NCBI GenBank assembly: GCA_009602725.1
Contig: WELB01000022.1
Coordinates: forward strand, 96,467-153,806
DNA length: 57,340 nt
Reading direction: 5' to 3'
Origin: Spirogloea muscicola
Lineage: Eukaryota
Shown here: positions 52,929 to 57,340 of the stretch, one piece after another
How positions within the stretch are numbered: the stretch's first letter is position 1
How the letters are laid out: every line of letters begins with the position of its first letter
The notes under the pieces: generated by a model
What the model saw: the letters and a program-made list of their open reading frames with translations, nothing else
What the model was told of the DNA's origin: nothing
Databases searched by the model: none
Position numbers and translations under genes: made by a program

Positions 52929-53545
52929 GCATGCGGCTGCTGATCCTAAAAGAGCGGCTGTTAGAAGGCCAGCCAGATGCATACAGGTGTTCATGACGGA
53001 GCCACAGGCTAGGCAGAAGAAGAAGAAGGCGGCAGACAGGGCGCTCGTAGTACCCCCGTGTCAGCAGGAGGAAGTCAGATGAGCTGAGGGGAGGAAGAGC
53101 AACCCCGCTGCGCAAACCAGAGGCTGCTGCAAGAGCGCGACCGGCTCGGCGGAGCAAAGCAAGCGCTTGGGACCGCTGACGGGACAGAGATAAGCGCATG
53201 CGGTAGCAGGACAGAAGACCCGAAGGCACCGAGCCTCCAGGAAGTGCTGCACCCAGTTCGCGGCGCCGCTGGTCAGCTTGGAGGCCAGCAGCGAAAGTAA
53301 CGAGGACCAAAGACCCCCGGAACACCCGTGGATGTCCATGGCCAGGGGGTAAACGGTATCGCCAGCCGGGTGGTCCTTGTACTTGTAAGTAAGTTCTTCT
53401 GTTCGGCCACCTTCACACCATAGCCGGTTTTAGAAGATATGGGGCCCTTCTTCCGGAAGCTGTCGGTGAGGACGACGTCCATGAGGAGCCGCTTGCCACC
53501 TCCCAGGGGGACGCCAACGAGATCGACACGCCTCGTCCGAGGAAG
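52929..53545 (-). mobile_element. 5'-truncated CRE-like insertion (RLE domain + 3' UTR), absent from unit 1
   Basis: RRVDLVGVPLGGGKRLLMDVVLTD..KVAEQK..YPLAMDIHG..YRMRLSLSRQRSQALAL..SSSDFLLLTRGY. Empty site GGGCAACAAAATGGAAGCGTG at ~48381-48401. Confidence 0.87.
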
Positions 53546-53640
53546 GGAAGCGTGAGGCGCAGCTGCTGGTCGCTAGCGTCTCGTCAAGAGCAGAGCTTCG
53601 CGCTAGAGGGCAAGGGGAACGCTAGCGATTTATAGCAGCC

Positions 53641-53990
53641 CTACCCCTGCCTCTGCTGAATCCACCAGCTGCAAGGGAAACTCCACCTTGCGCCCCTCTC
53701 CACATGCATACCCTGAGCGGTAGCTCCCCACCTCCTCCCAAAGGTCGATGCTCACCCCACACGGATAAAGGAAATCCGTGCCGAGCAACACGTCGTAAGT
53801 TGTCGCGCTCGTGACCAGGCAGCGAACGTACCGGCTAACCTCGTCCTTAGTGCCCTGGTTGAGGGTGATGGTGATCGGCACGGGCGTCTGCCGCAGCCCC
53901 GCCGAGACGCCGCCCGTTGCCGTCTTGATGGCAATGGGAGACGGCTGCAGGTCCTGTGCGCACAGCCCCAGCAGCTGCACCATGCTGCTG
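53641..53990 (-). mobile_element. isolated retropepsin-like (LTR retrotransposon aspartic protease) fragment
   Basis: MVQLLGL..IAIKTATGG..CLVTSATTYDVLLGTDFLYPCGVSIDL, the typical DxLLGxDFL C-terminal half. No D(T/S)G motif and no LTRs; absent at the equivalent site 48481-48495. Confidence 0.75.
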
Positions 53991-54861
53991 CCCAAGTACT
54001 AGAGCAGGCGCATCTGGCAATCTGGGCCGCCTGTAGCTGTATCAAGCTGCTGAATAGCTGAAAGTCAGCACGTCGTAGAAGAAGCAGCAGCTCTTCCAAA
54101 ATGTAGAGGTCGCTAATCGCCGCCCTAACACTGAACTGCCAGTTCCCGGTTCCCGCTTCCCCAGGAGGGAGGGAGGGTGAAGGGTTTTGGGTAGGTGGGA
54201 TGTGATAGAGGGAAGCCGAGCAGCTAACTGCAGAAGCTCTTCCAAAGAGGGGTGATGGCTGTGAAAGGTGTTCAACTTGCAATGGAGTTCTGCCGAAGTG
54301 GGCGAGGGCTGCAAAGAGCCAGCCCAGGATGACGTTGACAAGGTCCGAAGTAGCCAGATGCCGCTGAACCACACTATCAGGCATGTGGCTACTCCGAATG
54401 GGTGCTCAATAAACCCATCTAAAAGGTGGTGATGGGTGTAAAGTAAGCTCATCAAAAGGGAGCGAGTGCTATGAAAAGCCAGCCCGAAGAGAACGGACAA
54501 GGTCCGCTGGGGCAAGGAGGGCTGTGAAATGTAAGCTCGTTCATCGGAAGCGAGGGCTGAGAGAAGGCCAGCCCAATGATCAGGGAGAGACTCTTCAAGT
54601 TGAGGGCGATTACAGGAGGGACGGTAGAAGCGGGGCGTGCCTGCGAGGGGCCCGCCACGTGTCCACAACTGTCAGGACTCGGAGCCACGCCACCTTGGCG
54701 GGCAGCTGGATGCCGAGCGGCCTACGTGGCACCAGACTCGACGCCACGTCGGCACAGACCCGTCCGGTGGGAACGCCATCCGCCAGAAGGGCCAACGGCG
54801 CGAAGCGGTTTTCCCGCGCGGGCCCGCACCAGCGCCGCCAGCCGGGCCCCCAGCCGTCGCN

Positions 54862-57340
54862 CGGGGCCCGCGCTCCGGGCCGCCGCCGCCGCCGCCGCGC
54901 TCCTCCTCGTCGTAGCCAGCGGCGGCGCTGCTCCGGCGGCCGCCGCCAGGAATGGCTCACGGAACGGCACCGCCATCGGCGGGTCAGACGATGGCTGCGA
55001 CGGCTCTCACCGTCGGCTTGTGGTCTACGGCTCGGACGGCCGCACCGAGGAGGGCTTCGAGGAACCGGCGTGGGCGTCGTGGGGCGCCGCCACGGTGGCG
55101 CTGGTGCCGCAGAGCCGCCTGGCGCCCGCCACGCCCGGTGGGCCCTACATCTACGACCGCATCACCGACCTCGTCTCGCGCTTCCAGTACTGCCAGGACC
55201 AGCGCTTTGCTGACCAGGTGACCAAAAGCTGCGCGGTCTCAGGTCTCAGTGGCGGCCTCAATGGTGGTCTCAGTGGCGGCAGCGGCGTTCCCTTTGACCA
55301 CTTGGCATTGCCTACGAGCGGAGCTGCAGCCTAGCCTGACCGCGTCCTCCACTGTTGTGGCCACTGCTGCCGCCTGCAGGTCTCGCTCGCAGACTGCAGC
55401 GGCTTCCTGATCGCGCCAGACCTCGTCGCCACGGCCGGCCACTGCCTGCACGCTGCCAACAACTGCACCTTGCACCCCTCCGCGGACCCCTTCCTCATCG
55501 TCTTTGGCTTCGCCATCACGTCCACCGACCTTCTCGAGGTGCGGCCCGGCAATGGCGGCCTCTCAGTGGCACTCCCGCTGGTGGGCCGGGGCCCAGTTGT
55601 GGTGATAGCGTCCACGGTTCTCCCTATACTGACGGTCAGCACGTGGCATTGGCGGTTGGCGGGACAGGCGGATGGGTCGGTAGGCACCATTGCCGCTGCA
55701 CACGTGTATGCCTGCGCCGAGGTCGTACAGCGCGTGTCCGACACCAATGGGCAGTCCCCGCGGATGCCAATTGACTACGCCATCATACGGTGGGCTGCCA
55801 TTGCTGCCGCTGCCTCAGCGCTGCTCCTAATTACACCCTGTCTTTACGACCTTGGCGCAGCCTCGAGCAGATAGCCACACTTACTTTTGCGGCCTATCCA
55901 CTAAAATCGCAGGCTTGATCGAGCCGTGAGCGGCATTGACCCGCTGATCATCGATGGCGGCCCCAAGGTGGCACCCAATGCCGCCGTGGTCGCCATTGGA
56001 TATCCTCTTGGCCTGCCCCGCAAGTACAGTCTCGGAGCGGTGAGGCCAACCTTATTCGAATCTGCTGCCCTCGTTATTTGCTGTGATCACTAGGTGCCGG
56101 TCCTGTCTTCTGAGCTATTTCTCCCCTTTCTTTCCCTACTTATCCATTTCCTCCATCCTTCCTCCCTCTTCCTTCCTCTCCAACTCACAGTGTTTTTCGT
56201 AACCAGCTTGGTCAAGCCAAAATGTCTTGCCAACCTTCACCTTTTGCTGGCACGCTAGGTGTTAGGAAGTGGCAGCACGCCAGCCGAATGCCATCTGCCC
56301 GAGTTTTTCTGCGCAAGCCTGGACACATTTGCGGGCAACAGCGGGTCGCCTGTTCTAGCCACCGCCACGGGCCGCGTGTCGGGCATCAACATCGCCGGCG
56401 CGACCGACAGCCAGCAGGTGGCGCTGCCGCCCGGTGTGACAAACGGGGCTGGCGGCGGCAAGCTGTGCTGGATCCCCAACTCCTGGTCAGTTTTTGCTCC
56501 AGTTTGGCCTGCCAGGGTGGTCGAAGTCGGACCAACTTGAGTACCCACGCCTCCCCCCTTCCTTACTTGACAGCCTCTCTCCTTTCTCCTATCGCTGCTC
56601 CCGCCAGCCCAGCTACGCCAGTGCCGGCCGCCTGCTTGCGCGGGCGAGGTGGAGGTCGCAGCAGCCCTGCTTCTCCCGTTCCTGGCAGGCGCGTGCAAGT
56701 CCGATGCTGACTGCAGTGATCACGGAGCATGCGGGGCCGACGGCATGTGCTCTTGTGATGGCAACTGGACCGGGGGCGACTGCTCCTTCCTCTGTTCGCC
56801 CGCCGTGTGCAATGGCCACGGCGAGTGCGTTGGCCCCCATCGCTGTACCTGTCGGTGCGTCCTTGGACTCTGGCCTCCTGCCACACTCCTCCTGCCTCCC
56901 TCATCACTCCACTACTTTCTCCCCTCCCTTTACCCTCCTTCCTCCATCACCTTTCCCATCTTCCTCCTCTACCTTGCTCAGCCCTCCTTGACTAAATTAA
57001 CCAACGGTTGGAGATATGGCGCAGGGAGGGGTGGAGCGGTGACCTGTGCAGCGTGCCGCAGAGCGGCGGTGGCGGCGTTCCATGCGCGGCCCACGCCGAA
57101 TGCCCAGTTTTCCAATTCTGCGCCACCACTGCAGGCACGTGTGGCCCCTGTGCTAGCTGCTGTGCCAGCAGCGGCGCCGCAGGTGTCGGCCTCTCCTGCG
57201 GCCACTGCGACTGCTCTCCCAATACCGCCGGCGGCGGCGGCAGTGGGCATGGTGGCGGCAGCAGCCCCACGCTGTCGCCTACGCAGCCGCCGACGGCAGT
57301 GGGCGCGCCGGGGTGGGCGCAGCAGCCGCTGGCCGCGCCG
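54862..57340 (+). CDS. secreted trypsin-like (clan PA/S1) serine protease with C-terminal EGF-like and Cys-rich repeats; start lost at n 54861, 3' end beyond window
   Basis: Hydrophobic leader; VVYGSDGR; CSGFLIAPDLVATAGHC (His), IDYAIIRLDR (Asp), IGYPLGLP, LDTFAGNSGSPV (Ser). EGF-like CSDHGACGADGMCSCDGNWTGGDC and CNGHGECVGPHRCTCREGWSGDLC. GT-AG introns at 55218-55379, 55539-55667, 55790-55912, 56040-56258. Confidence 0.88.

Larger units (their letters stand above)
49097..54579. repeat. tandem segmental duplication, unit 2 (~5.5 kb, with four extra segments)
   Basis: Collinear with 44940-49096 plus extra segments ~51905-51976, ~52040-52363, 52929-53545 and 53641-53990. Confidence 0.9.

Noticed and set aside
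54119..54185. Resemblance to a twister ribozyme (CCGCCCTAACACTG...CCGGTTCCC...AGGG)
   Set aside because: The conserved loop-4 AAGC and its GC pseudoknot partner are missing, P2/P4 pairing is poor, and the duplicate at ~48610 lacks the UAA; likely chance.

Overview
Eukaryotic nuclear DNA: GC-rich, intron-rich, draft assembly with N gaps and poly-T runs. The gene set and TTTAGGG-like motifs suggest a streptophyte green alga or early plant lineage (inference). Seven spliced genes of conserved families lie at 0.1-11.7 kb and 19.2-38.4 kb: U2AF65-like splicing factor, TRM4/NSUN2, RECQl1, a plastid-type TPR protein, a GPP/GS1-like HAD phosphatase, RRN3 and NIPA9-like. Islands of transposon debris (11.9-19 kb, 26.7-27.3 kb, 38.5-54.6 kb) are dominated by 5'-truncated CRE-clade (RLE) non-LTR retrotransposons with a shared ...SDxxxL(T/S)RGY* C-terminus and modular hairpin 3' UTRs. 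The islands also hold a dead PIF/Harbinger element with two fold-back duplications and a head-to-tail ~4.2/5.5 kb tandem duplication carrying an Ole e 1/extensin-like gene. The duplication provides filled/empty insertion-site pairs. The window ends inside an intron-containing gene for a secreted, bacterial-looking trypsin-like serine protease fused to EGF-like repeats, a horizontal transfer candidate. All family assignments rest on motif recognition by eye, not database searches.
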